Below are positions 46,505-57,106 of a DNA stretch of 64,000 nt, piece by piece. Numbering within the stretch: position 1 is the stretch's first letter; each line of letters begins with the position of its first letter. Under the pieces are notes generated by a model. The model was not told the origin of the DNA. It worked only from the letters and a program-made list of their open reading frames with translations, and did not search any database. The DNA comes from a virus, in the IMG/VR virus record IMGVR_UViG_3300044712_000991, positions 32,001 through 96,000 of that record; one strand, written 5' to 3'. A program made the position numbers and the translations under genes.

Positions 46505-47908
46505 CTACACTATGGATACCGTGATTGTCCCTGCCGAGGCGTATGACTTGGAGGGTATAGTCAGATTATTGAACGAGTTTCGCACAACCGACCCATCGGC
46601 TGCTTGGAATGTGTTGAAGGGCAGAAAAACGTCATCGACACCTGCCGTGTTCAAAACTTCACGAGCAACGTCGGCCTGCTGAACCTCTTCCCCAATACCC
46701 ATAGTGCTGAGGAAGTCTGTCACAACAGAAACCACGGCATCGGCAACATCCGATCCTGAAAAACCATCGAGGATGCGAACATTCATGGATATGTTGATAG
46801 GTACTTCGGTGGCCCACTTGATGAGCGTGTCGGAGTTGAGGATGTCTTGATTATCCCTCGCCATCATGGATTGAAGGTCTTCCACAAGACCGTTGTACTG
46901 GTAATTGACCACAATAGACCCAGATGATGTTGGGACTGCTGTGTTCCATGCTAGGGAGTCTTGTCCTAGGATGGAACCCCCATATCCGCTACTATCCTTG
47001 GATAGCATCCACGATGCGGATGGCAATGTACCCGAGGCACTCGCGAGAACCGACGATACCGTGTTCGGTATGACAGGCTGCTTTGAGAACACGAATGCTG
47101 GGTATGGAGAGAACGGGTCAGAAAATTCATCCGTGAAGTTCCTATAGGTCTTTCCCTTCACATAGATATCCACAGCACCGATATCCGCTCTGTCTGTAGC
47201 ACCTCCTCCGACAACTAGCACATCCTCCACAGCATCCTGTTCGAGGACGAAAGAGGTGAGCCCTGCGGAAGTACCTATGGCCACCCCGGCAAGCGCCGTG
47301 CTTAGTCGTGCCTGTAGTTGTTGGGATGTCTCTTCTGGAAGACCACCTGTGGTTGCAAAAGGATTGTAGATACCGTTTATGCCACCCACAGAACCGTTGA
47401 CGATCAGAATCGTACCAGCACCGACGTTTCCAAGGATGCCCCCAGAAATAGCCTCGACCTCCACCGACACTTCGTACTTGGCGGTCGATGTATTGAAGTA
47501 ACTCAGCGCCTGGGTGTAGCGCATGGTAACCGTCTGGGTGGTGCGGAACTGTACGGGACTTGTCGTTCCCTCACTAACCGTGGTCACAATGGTTCCTGCT
47601 GGAATAGTGATGTCAGCGGTTGGAGCGGAGTTGCTGTAGAATCTGACAAGACCACGCGATCTCCGAGCACCCTTTTTAACCTTCGAGAAATTACGTGCTA
47701 TAGCATCAAGACCGACTTCACTAGCGGTGTCTATACCTTGGTCAGCAGACACCTGATCTATCCTGCTGTACAAGTTCTCGAACTCTTTGGCTGGGGCATC
47801 TATCACCACATCGCGTGTGAAAGTACCTTCGGATATCTCAATCTTGGAGTTCTTCGCACGAATGAAGTTCTTGAACCCCTGTACAATGGTTAGAAAGTCG
47901 CGTGACAT
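46505..47908 (-). CDS. Baseplate J/gp47-like wedge protein
   Basis: GLDAIARNF...GLVRF...IPAGTIV...VEVEAISGGILGNV...GGLPEET..LQARL. Confidence 0.88.
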   Translation of the reverse strand: MSRDFLTIVQGFKNFIRAKNSKIEISEGTFTRDVVIDAPAKEFENLYSRIDQVSADQGIDTASEVGLDAIARNFSKVKKGARRSRGLVRFYSNSAPTADITIPAGTIVTTVSEGTTSPVQFRTTQTVTMRYTQALSYFNTSTAKYEVSVEVEAISGGILGNVGAGTILIVNGSVGGINGIYNPFATTGGLPEETSQQLQARLSTALAGVAIGTSAGLTSFVLEQDAVEDVLVVGGGATDRADIGAVDIYVKGKTYRNFTDEFSDPFSPYPAFVFSKQPVIPNTVSSVLASASGTLPSASWMLSKDSSGYGGSILGQDSLAWNTAVPTSSGSIVVNYQYNGLVEDLQSMMARDNQDILNSDTLIKWATEVPINISMNVRILDGFSGSDVADAVVSVVTDFLSTMGIGEEVQQADVAREVLNTAGVDDVFLPFNTFQAADGSVVRNSFNNLTIPSKSYASAGTITVSIV

Positions 47909-47911
47909 TTT

Positions 47912-48400
47912 CTAGTTCCTTATGGGGATGTTTGATACGGCTGCGGTAGTCCCCGCCTTCGTCACAACAGCCACGGATACGTACATCTTACGAGGATCAT
48001 CGCTCGCTATATACGCATCGAGAGATGACACACTCGATATCTCCTCTGAAGGTATGTATGCGTACCCTTCAAGACGTTCCTGGTTCTGGATACTCATCAG
48101 ATACTGCATACAACGAAACACCTCAGATTTTACGGCCGTTATTGATGACTGATCTAAGGTACCAGTGAGAACCGATAAATCAAAACCGTAGCCCGTAGTG
48201 CGCTTTTTCTCGGTTAGTATTTTGGCTATCTGCTGCGCAAGTTTGTTAGAGCCCGCGACAACTACTATCTTTCCGTCATGCCCTATGGAGTACGCGTGGT
48301 ACTCGTCTGTGCCCAAACACCTAGGACACGTCAGCGTGCGAAGACGCTGCGCTGGGATACCAACCACGTGATCACACTGTACGGAGAACTTGGCGTCCAT
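47912..48400 (-). CDS. Baseplate protein, gp25/GpW-like position
   Basis: Directly upstream of baseplate J; KLAQQIAKILTE...YGF and DPRKMYVSVAV resemble gp25-like folds. Confidence 0.5.
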   Translation of the reverse strand: MDAKFSVQCDHVVGIPAQRLRTLTCPRCLGTDEYHAYSIGHDGKIVVVAGSNKLAQQIAKILTEKKRTTGYGFDLSVLTGTLDQSSITAVKSEVFRCMQYLMSIQNQERLEGYAYIPSEEISSVSSLDAYIASDDPRKMYVSVAVVTKAGTTAAVSNIPIRN

Positions 48401-48960
48401 TATTGTGTCCTAGAAAGTATGTCGAGATACTGATCCATGAGTTCCAACGCTCTGTCGAGCTCCGCAGACTGTTTGCTCAACCTATCGGATGCCGATAACG
48501 CCCGTTGAGAACGAAACGCCAGTTCATCAAGTTTATTGGTCATACTGTTGTAGTCCGTGACACCCGCGAAGATATCGAAACCATCAATGTTCGCCGCCTG
48601 TGAGATAAATGTAGAGGGAATCTGGGTGGGTAGCGCATCTATTATCTGACCCATCTCTCCCACAATGAGGGGGCAGTTTTCCGCCATTTGCGCAAAAGGG
48701 ATGGCTCCTAGAATGGTGTCGAAGGGTGCCATTGCCGCTCTACCTGCGTTGGCTACAACCGCTATCTGCTCGGCCACGACGTTTGCTTGAGAAATAAGCC
48801 CCACCAGTTTTGCTTTGTCCTGGATGAGGATAACACGGTAAGCATTGAAGAAAGCGATAAGAGCAGCCCTGAGAGGGAACGACAGACCGACCAAGGCCGA
48901 CACCACACACCTTGAGTATCCCGTCTCATCCACTATTTTGTCAACCAGAGTGTCTGCCAT
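48400..48960 (-). CDS. Hypothetical helical tail/baseplate protein
   Basis: 186 aa ORF coupled within the baseplate operon. Confidence 0.6.
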   Translation of the reverse strand: MADTLVDKIVDETGYSRCVVSALVGLSFPLRAALIAFFNAYRVILIQDKAKLVGLISQANVVAEQIAVVANAGRAAMAPFDTILGAIPFAQMAENCPLIVGEMGQIIDALPTQIPSTFISQAANIDGFDIFAGVTDYNSMTNKLDELAFRSQRALSASDRLSKQSAELDRALELMDQYLDILSRTQ

Positions 48961-49016
48961 ACAAAATATACCTCAAAGTACAAGAATTTGTAGTTGTTGG
49001 GGTCTATGATTCCGAA

Positions 49017-50171
49017 TTATGCATCACCCACTACGATATTCGGGGCACCCGAGGTGATCTCTCCCTGTAATTCAAGATTTCCAGACAAAAGTGCGGGGTT
49101 CAGGGTGCATGGAGAGCCCGCGGCGATGATTGCTCCCGCCAAAGATTGCAAAAATGCAATATTGTGCTGACTCTTGATGGAAAGTTGTGCATTTTCGCTG
49201 TCAGAGTAGCCAACACCACATGGTATGGTCACAGTATCGTGCTGACGAGCCACATGTTGCCCCTTGGTCCCCAAACTCGCGGTGTTGGTCTCAATTCCGA
49301 GCGCGACATCGGGGTCCGTGGCATCCACACTACCTCCGTTGATGTTCATTTTGACGTTCTTGATGCTCAAACGGCCTTCTTTGTCAATGTCTATCTGCAC
49401 ACCACTAGCTAGCGAGATGCGAGCCGCCAGTTGTTTCGTTGGGGTGGTGGCAGGATTGTCGTTTTTGTCAACCACAACCCCAGAGGAATCCACGATGGTG
49501 CCTATGGTCATCTTCAAGATGGGTGTGGTATCACCCTGCTTAGCTAGTACGGATACCGAGTGCTCGGTGTACGGGGTGCCGGAGGTGAAAACTGGGGTCG
49601 GAATACCATCGGTGATGATCTTAGAGTTTTCCCCGAAGACCCACCGTCTAACAACGCCCGCTGTTTGCACGCCTCCTGCCGTGGATGCCTGCCAGTTCAC
49701 GGACTTGCTCTTGACCTGGTGCATATCGGGATCAAGTTCGAGCATATCATCCAATGCGGAGGACATGATGATGCGCCCTTTGTCGGTCATGTACATGTAC
49801 GCACCACCGACACTCTCCCAGAACTTCTCACCAGGCTTTAGTTTTGGTAGGTCACCGTAGCCTTGTTCGGCCTTGGATAGAATTCTCTGCGCCTGGTTGA
49901 TGTTCGCGTAGCGCATTATACGCACACGATCGAAGAGGTCACACTGGCAGAACACAATGGCACCCTTCACCGGGACATGGTACTCCCCCCACGCTCCTTG
50001 GAGAAGTTCCACATCCTGCCGACCTCCTGGATTGTCCAACCATCGAATGGAGCACGTGCCCTTTTCTGGGCTGACAGTATCCACAACTGCCATACGGGTG
50101 TACTTCGACAGGTGTTGCTGCGGATGATGTGCATCGAACTCAAATGTGCGTTTGAATCGCATACGTGGCAT
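49017..50171 (-). CDS. Baseplate central spike (gpV/gp5-like OB-fold plus beta-helix)
   Basis: N-terminal AVVDTVS...PVKGAIV OB-like region; short beta repeats; VARQHD and ITSGAPNI tip-like C-terminus. Confidence 0.65.
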   Translation of the reverse strand: MPRMRFKRTFEFDAHHPQQHLSKYTRMAVVDTVSPEKGTCSIRWLDNPGGRQDVELLQGAWGEYHVPVKGAIVFCQCDLFDRVRIMRYANINQAQRILSKAEQGYGDLPKLKPGEKFWESVGGAYMYMTDKGRIIMSSALDDMLELDPDMHQVKSKSVNWQASTAGGVQTAGVVRRWVFGENSKIITDGIPTPVFTSGTPYTEHSVSVLAKQGDTTPILKMTIGTIVDSSGVVVDKNDNPATTPTKQLAARISLASGVQIDIDKEGRLSIKNVKMNINGGSVDATDPDVALGIETNTASLGTKGQHVARQHDTVTIPCGVGYSDSENAQLSIKSQHNIAFLQSLAGAIIAAGSPCTLNPALLSGNLELQGEITSGAPNIVVGDA

Positions 50172-50179
50172 AGGATTCT

Positions 50180-52114
50180 CTAGGATGCTGATATGTACCC
50201 GTTATACCCCGACCTCTGGGAAGATGTGTTGCTAGCCACACAGCAGGACATGGTTGCCCCTAGACCAGCAAGGTTCACAGTAGACACCGTCACTGGAGAA
50301 GCGATGTTCGTTATGTCAACGACGGTGATGTTCTTATTGGTTGTCCCCAAGAGATACGCGTACTTCGTCACACCGTCGTAGGTAATGATGAGGTCGGATA
50401 CAGGACTGTTTACACTACCCAAATCACACACAAACGAGGGGATTGCGGGGTTCTGAACATCCCATACCGTAACACCATAGGTTGTTCCTGTAGTAGCTGT
50501 TCTACAGATGAACATGTATCGGTTGTCCATGATGTACACCCTGCCGATGGCAGAACTCGCGGGGTTTCCACTAGTATTAAACGTCCCAATGACACTTCCG
50601 CCGGAGGTCAGTGGTAGTTCATATGATCTCCACCCAGCCGATGATGTGAGAGACCAGAGAATGTTGGGAGATGCTGGCATCCTACGCTGAACCACTTGGC
50701 GAGTTTGAGATATTGCCGTGGATATGCCAGCCACCTGTAACGGGGACACGTAAGTGGCCGCCAGCGGAATGCTTAGATTTTCATCAAGATGTGCGGAAGA
50801 GAATCTGTCTGTGACCGAGTTTCCATCACCGTAGATAGCCCATAGCACATGGTCATCGGGGTCGAAAATCATGGAATCGGGGTGACGGTTTCCTGTCATC
50901 GCCCCCACATTAAGTTGTTGTAACATCGTGGGAGATGAGGGATCACTGAGTTCCCACGCTTGGTACCCTGTGTTGTACTGCGTGACGACCAACAATGGGG
51001 CGGCTAAAACGACGCCATACCCATCTGTAGATGTTGGAAACTTACTCCTGTATATAAGCGACCCAGGTGTGGCTGTCCAATCAAATGCGTACACCTGCCC
51101 GGAGGATGCCGTTCCCACAGCCATGTATATCAACGAGTCATCGTGCACCATGCGTATGGGCGGAGAACTATTGGTAATCTGCGTAGTGAAGTCGTGATCC
51201 ACAACGAGCGATGGTGCGGCACGAGAACTGATGTCTATGACATACAGGTGCTTGTTGTTGCTCGCGGCATACATGTATGTCGGAAGACTCAATGGTGTTA
51301 TGGTTACCTCCACAGCGTTTGAAAACGGTCCAGCGCCAGAAATGGGTATCTGTGCACTAACCTCGTAGGAGTAGGTAGCCCCAAGAGAAATACTTGAGTC
51401 GGTGTACGTCGTGGATGCTGAGTCACCAATAAGCACGTAATCTCCATCAACACCTATACACTTTCGGTATACGCTGTATGTGGTGGCTGATGGTATGCTA
51501 GACCATACGAGAACAACGGAAGAAGTTGTTGCCTCCTGGATGTATAGAACGGGTGTCACGACAGGTGGGGGCTCATACGACTGTGGAATGTTGATAGATC
51601 GCAGTCCATCAAACAGTTTTCGAATCTCTAGTTTGGAGGGTACCATTCGCACCCCAGGACACGATGTACCAACGACATCGCTGTGAAACAGAACATCCAC
51701 AAGATTAGGTAATTTTGCCACAGCCTCAGCTATTATGGCCCTCACCGAGTTTTGCTGTGCTATTGTGGGAACACCATCATCAAAGTTTCCAATGATGAGC
51801 ACATGCATGGCCTGGTAATTCATTTGCTTCTGTTCACAGGAGTCCGACACATCATGTACGTTGTATCGAAAAATATTGTGCAGGGGGACATTCTTTTCAT
51901 ACTGTAGAGGAGTTCCTCCTCGAATCCACCGCGAGGAAAGATCGAATCTACCGTTGGTGTTGATGACCACATCCTGACCGAGACCAAAGAAGCCTTCCTG
52001 GACAGCCGACTTGTTCACATCTTCTCCCGTTACAGGATAGAAGTGCTCCGACTGATGAAGCATGATGTACCGGATGTCGCTATTGTAGCGTATGTTCCGA
52101 CTGAGTTGTGCCAT
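50180..52114 (-). CDS. Amidase_2/PGRP-like domain plus fibronectin type III plus LVIVD beta-propeller
   Basis: IMLHQS...IIGNFD...FHSD...SCPG; FN3 SVVLVWS...YSVYR...YSYEVSA; LYVIDISS, VWDVQNP and VVDITNIASP repeats. Confidence 0.78.
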   Translation of the reverse strand: MAQLSRNIRYNSDIRYIMLHQSEHFYPVTGEDVNKSAVQEGFFGLGQDVVINTNGRFDLSSRWIRGGTPLQYEKNVPLHNIFRYNVHDVSDSCEQKQMNYQAMHVLIIGNFDDGVPTIAQQNSVRAIIAEAVAKLPNLVDVLFHSDVVGTSCPGVRMVPSKLEIRKLFDGLRSINIPQSYEPPPVVTPVLYIQEATTSSVVLVWSSIPSATTYSVYRKCIGVDGDYVLIGDSASTTYTDSSISLGATYSYEVSAQIPISGAGPFSNAVEVTITPLSLPTYMYAASNNKHLYVIDISSRAAPSLVVDHDFTTQITNSSPPIRMVHDDSLIYMAVGTASSGQVYAFDWTATPGSLIYRSKFPTSTDGYGVVLAAPLLVVTQYNTGYQAWELSDPSSPTMLQQLNVGAMTGNRHPDSMIFDPDDHVLWAIYGDGNSVTDRFSSAHLDENLSIPLAATYVSPLQVAGISTAISQTRQVVQRRMPASPNILWSLTSSAGWRSYELPLTSGGSVIGTFNTSGNPASSAIGRVYIMDNRYMFICRTATTGTTYGVTVWDVQNPAIPSFVCDLGSVNSPVSDLIITYDGVTKYAYLLGTTNKNITVVDITNIASPVTVSTVNLAGLGATMSCCVASNTSSQRSGYNGYISAS

Positions 52115-52115
52115 G

Positions 52116-54260
52116 CTAGTTGGTAATTACCTTAGGAATAGGCGCGACCGTCGTGCGCGTGGAGGTGCGTTTTCCCTTGTTAGTAGTTTTCGGCTGGTTA
52201 ACCGATGTGTCGCGTTCGAGTTTGATGTGACCATCCGTGGAATGGATCATATCGAACGATTGAGTGATTATCTCGGGTATGACCTCCCACGGTTTTCTAC
52301 CGTAGGACAGATGCAGCACGGTCTCATACCGACCACCGAACTGCAAAGAGTGGTCAACGCTCTCCACCCAGTACACCATGTTCCTGAACGGTATGTACAC
52401 AGGATACCCAGGATCGATCTCTGCCCTGCCCGTGATGGTTATCTGCCCCTGCATCTTGTTCGCCAAGAGTTTCTGAAGCGTGGCCTTGGCATAGAACAGA
52501 GCCTCCTCGGATGAAAAGGTAGTTGATCCCCCACCGAGAGACGATATGAAGGGGTTGGATACCGTGATGATCTTCGTGCCAAACTTGTACATCAGCATCT
52601 CATCGACGTACGAACCACGGTTGTAGTCAGATGATCCTTCGGACACGTTCTTACGTATATCTGGCTCTGAGGACACAACACACGCAGAGTACACATTGGT
52701 GTCATCCTCGACAAAACCGTAACTGATGATGGAGTCATCATCGACAATGTACAACTTGTCATTCTCCTGCGTGAGTAGCCACGCGTTAGAGTATCTCGGG
52801 GGATGAAACCATATGTGACCCTTCCTATCCGCATAGAAGTTGAAATTGGAGTCCGCCGCAGCCGAGTAGCAAATCTCCCGCCTGTTCTTGAACTCCGTTT
52901 GTACACTATCGGAGGTCTTGTAATTCATGTTATACGCTAGATACACATCCATCCCCGTCTCTGTGGGATCAACGACATGCACAGAGGACTTTGAAAACAA
53001 CGACCCAAGCATACCCTTGAAGTCTATGATGGAAAAGGTCGAGACATCCGTGTTGTTTCGGCGGACTACGAACATCCCTGTTTGCGGGTCGAACACGATG
53101 TTCTCGTTGCTGGTGTTCTTGGTCTTAGCCGCAGTGTACGTACCTATCCCTCTGAGTTTGATGTTCTTCAGACCATGTAGTTTGGACTTGGAATTCCCTT
53201 CGAACCCCTCCGACCCTATGGTGAGGAGACGAATAAGGTCAGGTGTGGTAAGACCTTGAAAAAGATTGGTATAGTAGTTGATGTAGTAGTTGTCACCGGC
53301 CGCAAAACGGAGAACCCCACCCACCTGGTCTGTTTCTGGGATGGCTGTCGGACTAAGAGGCACCACGGATAGTCTCATCCACTTCGTGACATCCTCCCCG
53401 TTGACGGTCACAACATTTCCCGTGTCCGAATAACTCATCTGCACCGTATTGACCAACCCCGTGAAGGCCTGCACGAGTTCCGTACGGGCTTGTTCACACA
53501 CTTGGTACTTTCCATCCGAGGACTTCTGAAACCTTCGCGACAGGAAGATTACCACGCGATCCATGGGCTCGATCTTACACCTACCGACCATGTTCTGGTC
53601 TGTGACGGATGCTTGATATTTCGTAGAGAAGTCGGAGTTGCTGTACTTCAAGAAAATGAACGTCCTAGGATGTGAAACACCATCTTGGTTCTTGACGTTG
53701 ATTGTAACAGAACTTCCATTGCTTGTGGGGCTGGTGAAAAACTCCTCGTTGTAGGTATCGGAGAAGCGTATGACGCGCCCACGGGAGTCAAATGCCCACC
53801 TCTCAGCCACAGTACCGTTGGGCAACCGTCGATACTGCATCACGCAGCGATCTTGTGTTTCAGTGTCGATAAGCACACCGTACTCGAAGGATAGCCACGG
53901 ACTCTTTCCATCCTTGTACCCATCGAATTCGTAGTAGGATACACCACCGCGAGCCCGTAATTTGTATGAGCGCTGTTCCATGTCACGCTTGACTTGAAAC
54001 TCGGAGTTGTTCCTGATGTTGCTTACCTCTTGGACAGGATCATCTGGTACGGAAAACTTGTTTGCCACATCATTCAACGTCAGACTGAACGTGCATGGAT
54101 TAGCCCCCACGGTGGTGGATATCTGCACGGACATGATCTCCTTGGCATATCCTGATGCCGTTAGAAGGTCTTCGGGCTTGAAGTTCTCAACATCTAGGTC
54201 TTTGAAGGACTTGAGAAACACCACGAGTGCATCGGGGTAGTAGTGGATGGTGGAGCCCAT
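52116..54260 (-). CDS. Baseplate hub protein (gp27/gpD-like)
   Basis: MDRVVIF...FTGLVNTV...VNGEDVTKW; FYADRKGHIWF; ITITGRAEIDPG...YWVESVDH. Confidence 0.8.
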   Translation of the reverse strand: MGSTIHYYPDALVVFLKSFKDLDVENFKPEDLLTASGYAKEIMSVQISTTVGANPCTFSLTLNDVANKFSVPDDPVQEVSNIRNNSEFQVKRDMEQRSYKLRARGGVSYYEFDGYKDGKSPWLSFEYGVLIDTETQDRCVMQYRRLPNGTVAERWAFDSRGRVIRFSDTYNEEFFTSPTSNGSSVTINVKNQDGVSHPRTFIFLKYSNSDFSTKYQASVTDQNMVGRCKIEPMDRVVIFLSRRFQKSSDGKYQVCEQARTELVQAFTGLVNTVQMSYSDTGNVVTVNGEDVTKWMRLSVVPLSPTAIPETDQVGGVLRFAAGDNYYINYYTNLFQGLTTPDLIRLLTIGSEGFEGNSKSKLHGLKNIKLRGIGTYTAAKTKNTSNENIVFDPQTGMFVVRRNNTDVSTFSIIDFKGMLGSLFSKSSVHVVDPTETGMDVYLAYNMNYKTSDSVQTEFKNRREICYSAAADSNFNFYADRKGHIWFHPPRYSNAWLLTQENDKLYIVDDDSIISYGFVEDDTNVYSACVVSSEPDIRKNVSEGSSDYNRGSYVDEMLMYKFGTKIITVSNPFISSLGGGSTTFSSEEALFYAKATLQKLLANKMQGQITITGRAEIDPGYPVYIPFRNMVYWVESVDHSLQFGGRYETVLHLSYGRKPWEVIPEIITQSFDMIHSTDGHIKLERDTSVNQPKTTNKGKRTSTRTTVAPIPKVITN

Positions 54261-54265
54261 GAGGT

Positions 54266-55102
54266 CTAGTTCCCATACTTGGTGTACGGTGCCATGGTCT
54301 GTGTTGAAACGGCTACTTCGCCACGGATGCTCGGAGAGAGAGATGACACATTCATCTCGTTCAATATCTTCATAGTGAAACTATAGGAGAACTGGAATGG
54401 TTTTTCGGCATCATGTACTGGTCCCGTAAATCCCGTGAAGTATCCTACATAGAACGTATCGTACACGGATATGCCGAGAAGACTCAACTGATCCCTGTTT
54501 CTTACAGCATGGTCTACATCGTACAGTTGCCGAAGCTCCACGAGCCTATTCCACGCTTTTGTATTGGTTATGGACTCGAAGTTCTCGATACCATCTACGC
54601 CAGTAGTTATGTTCTTTGTAGACACCGCATCATTGGGGTTTGAAACAATGGCGACCGTAGATCGCCTGTGAGTTCCTCCGGACACCCCATCTATAGTGAG
54701 GTCTGTAAGAGCATCCCCCCAGTGCTGAACTTCCCAACCACCGCGTGTGCGTATCTCCGAGTGCAATTTTTGGTATGTGGGTGTAAGTCGTTGGGGGTTG
54801 ACATAGAACGTGAACACTTGGTATGTCTTATCCTCGGGCTTTCCTGTAGGGATATACAACTTCTCCGCCCCTCCGAGAATGACGTACTGCCCACGGAAGT
54901 CCAAGTATACCCTGGTAGGTGTAGAGGCTGCGAGTGGTTGCCCGACAGGCCGTTCCCCGAGGTCTATGGATTGCGTTCCGTCGCCATTGTCGAACACCTT
55001 GTCCGCCGTAACCCCCTGAAGATAGCGTGTCGGAGCAACATCGAGGCGACCATCGCTACCTCGGACGAGTTTGAATATCTTTATGGGGATGCGCTGTGGC
55101 AT
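54266..55102 (-). CDS. Tail tube initiator-like protein
   Basis: FYVNPQRL...RTRGGWEVQHWG...LTIDG...YVGYFTGF...FSYSF; directly after the tape measure gene. Confidence 0.7.
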   Translation of the reverse strand: MPQRIPIKIFKLVRGSDGRLDVAPTRYLQGVTADKVFDNGDGTQSIDLGERPVGQPLAASTPTRVYLDFRGQYVILGGAEKLYIPTGKPEDKTYQVFTFYVNPQRLTPTYQKLHSEIRTRGGWEVQHWGDALTDLTIDGVSGGTHRRSTVAIVSNPNDAVSTKNITTGVDGIENFESITNTKAWNRLVELRQLYDVDHAVRNRDQLSLLGISVYDTFYVGYFTGFTGPVHDAEKPFQFSYSFTMKILNEMNVSSLSPSIRGEVAVSTQTMAPYTKYGN

Positions 55103-55128
55103 GATTCAAGCCTTACTTGATATGCAAA

Positions 55129-57105
55129 TCATTTGTTCATGGTACGAGGAGTAACATAGTTCTGGCGAGTGGCGGCATCTTTCATAAGACTCGCTACATA
55201 CTCCCCATCGATGTAGTTATGCACCACAACATTCACCGATTGCCCAGCACTACCTCCGCCAGATTGATTTTGTGATTGTGCGCCACTAGATGGTGTGCCC
55301 CTAGGTGTCTGGACCCCATTACGTTCGGCTTCTTTTTTTAAGAATTCAGTCGAAAATCTATTTGTCTCATCCATGAAATCCTGATCCAAAAAACCGAGAC
55401 TCATACTACCAGCACCTTTGAATATTCTACCGAGAGTTCCCGCTATTTTACCTAGTATACCAGGTTGTTTGGCTACTTCTTCGGCTACTTTGGCTGCCTT
55501 GAGAGCACCTGTTGATGTCGAGGTGGTGGTTGCATCCTGTAGATAGCTTGGAGCGACCGTTGTGACTTTAGAGGCTGTCTCTGCTGCTGTCTCAGCGACT
55601 TTACCTGCTACTGCGGGGACTTTGGTTCTCCACTTTTTTACCATGCTCCATGCTATGCCACCGAGCACCATAGGTAGAGCACCAGACCCCAGGACTGTAT
55701 CGATACCTGTTCCAAGAACGTCCTGCATGGGACCCATCATTTTGAACTGCTTGAAGAACGCATCTAGAGCATCTTGCCACGATGCTGCTTTCGCTATCAT
55801 GTCATCAAGGGCTTTGGCAAAATCAGCTAGATTTTTATCCGCAATTTCTTTCATTTTGGCATCAATGCTTTGACCAGGAGTCAACTTCGATATGTCGATA
55901 TCCTCAGACATACCGAGTTGGAGCATGCTCGGTACATCATACCCCGGGGATACACGAGGTTTGAGAAAACTTTGATACTGGAAAGAACTCGCACGAGCGT
56001 AGTCAATTTTGCCATCGGGCGTTGTTGGTAGAAGACTCCGAGCATATTGTTGTTGCACGGCCGCAAGTTTACCGGGGTCTTGGGCTTGCATGGCACCCAA
56101 TGCATCTGCCATGGACTGCCCCTTATCCGTATACGGTTTGAACGCTGCTTTTATGACGGGGTTGTTTTTCAGAGGCTCCAAGAACATCGCTAGGTGTTGT
56201 CTAGCAGTAGCTGCCTCTTGTCCTTGCCCAACGAGAGTATTATTCCTCTCGTACATCTCAACCATACCCTGAGGAGACAACTTCAACTGCCTAGCAACAA
56301 GGTTGAGTTGCTGGATGTTCGCCATGGCCTGATGGGGTCCCATGTTCTTCCCCATATCTGTCATGAGACGGATATTGGTTTCCATGGTATCATTCAGGTT
56401 ACCCATAACAGAGTTACCGCTCGCCCACATATCGTGAAGCATCACGGTCTCCGCCAACGCCATCTCCATCGTGTTCCCGTACTGCGCAAACGTGTCTTGT
56501 AGTTGTGATATGAAACGACTGTAGTCGGCACCCGTGCGAGACAGACCTGCCACAAGTTCCAGATAGTCTTCTTTCCTGGAGGCTGTCATATCCTTTTCAT
56601 ACTTCAGCCTGTATCCGATATCGTTGACCGTCTTCATATACAATTGTACGAACTCCTTGCCGTACTTGTACTGAAGATCGAGGGTCTTCTTAGTGAACCC
56701 AAACGCCGCAGCAAATCCCCCCTCGCCCGACATATCACCGCCCCGTACAGCATAAAGGGACAACCGAGTCTGGTTTATCTCCTGCCGGAGAGTCTTGAGA
56801 TTCATGACTACGCCAAGAACGGCGGCGGAGACCATTGTGACGTTCTGTGAATTGAACGCCCCCTTGATACCACCTCCAGCGGCCTTGCTCTCGTCCCGCA
56901 CACGGCGCAGAGCACCGACAACAGTCTCCAACTGCTTGTTCAACTGGTACACAGCGAACGTGGCTGTCAGAGGGTTCTTGCTCATGTCATACAGAAGACC
57001 CTTCATCTGTGTCAGCAGGGATATTCCCGACTGCATGGATGCTAGGGTGGCTCCTGTGAGAGCAGCAGAGGTATCTGCACTATTTGGTTTTTCTTCTTCG
57101 GCCAT
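55129..57105 (-). CDS. Tape measure protein
   Basis: 658 aa, helical, Ala/Gly/Met-rich, between chaperones and baseplate genes; typical C-terminal VNVVVHNYIDGE. Confidence 0.78.
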   Translation of the reverse strand: MAEEEKPNSADTSAALTGATLASMQSGISLLTQMKGLLYDMSKNPLTATFAVYQLNKQLETVVGALRRVRDESKAAGGGIKGAFNSQNVTMVSAAVLGVVMNLKTLRQEINQTRLSLYAVRGGDMSGEGGFAAAFGFTKKTLDLQYKYGKEFVQLYMKTVNDIGYRLKYEKDMTASRKEDYLELVAGLSRTGADYSRFISQLQDTFAQYGNTMEMALAETVMLHDMWASGNSVMGNLNDTMETNIRLMTDMGKNMGPHQAMANIQQLNLVARQLKLSPQGMVEMYERNNTLVGQGQEAATARQHLAMFLEPLKNNPVIKAAFKPYTDKGQSMADALGAMQAQDPGKLAAVQQQYARSLLPTTPDGKIDYARASSFQYQSFLKPRVSPGYDVPSMLQLGMSEDIDISKLTPGQSIDAKMKEIADKNLADFAKALDDMIAKAASWQDALDAFFKQFKMMGPMQDVLGTGIDTVLGSGALPMVLGGIAWSMVKKWRTKVPAVAGKVAETAAETASKVTTVAPSYLQDATTTSTSTGALKAAKVAEEVAKQPGILGKIAGTLGRIFKGAGSMSLGFLDQDFMDETNRFSTEFLKKEAERNGVQTPRGTPSSGAQSQNQSGGGSAGQSVNVVVHNYIDGEYVASLMKDAATRQNYVTPRTMNK

Positions 57106-57106
57106 G

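Noticed and set aside
48961-49016. Fourth TATATT promoter upstream of the 48400-48960 gene
   Set aside because: There is no -35 at 17 bp, and the hexamer lies in the spacer between a GAGG ribosome-binding site and the ATG
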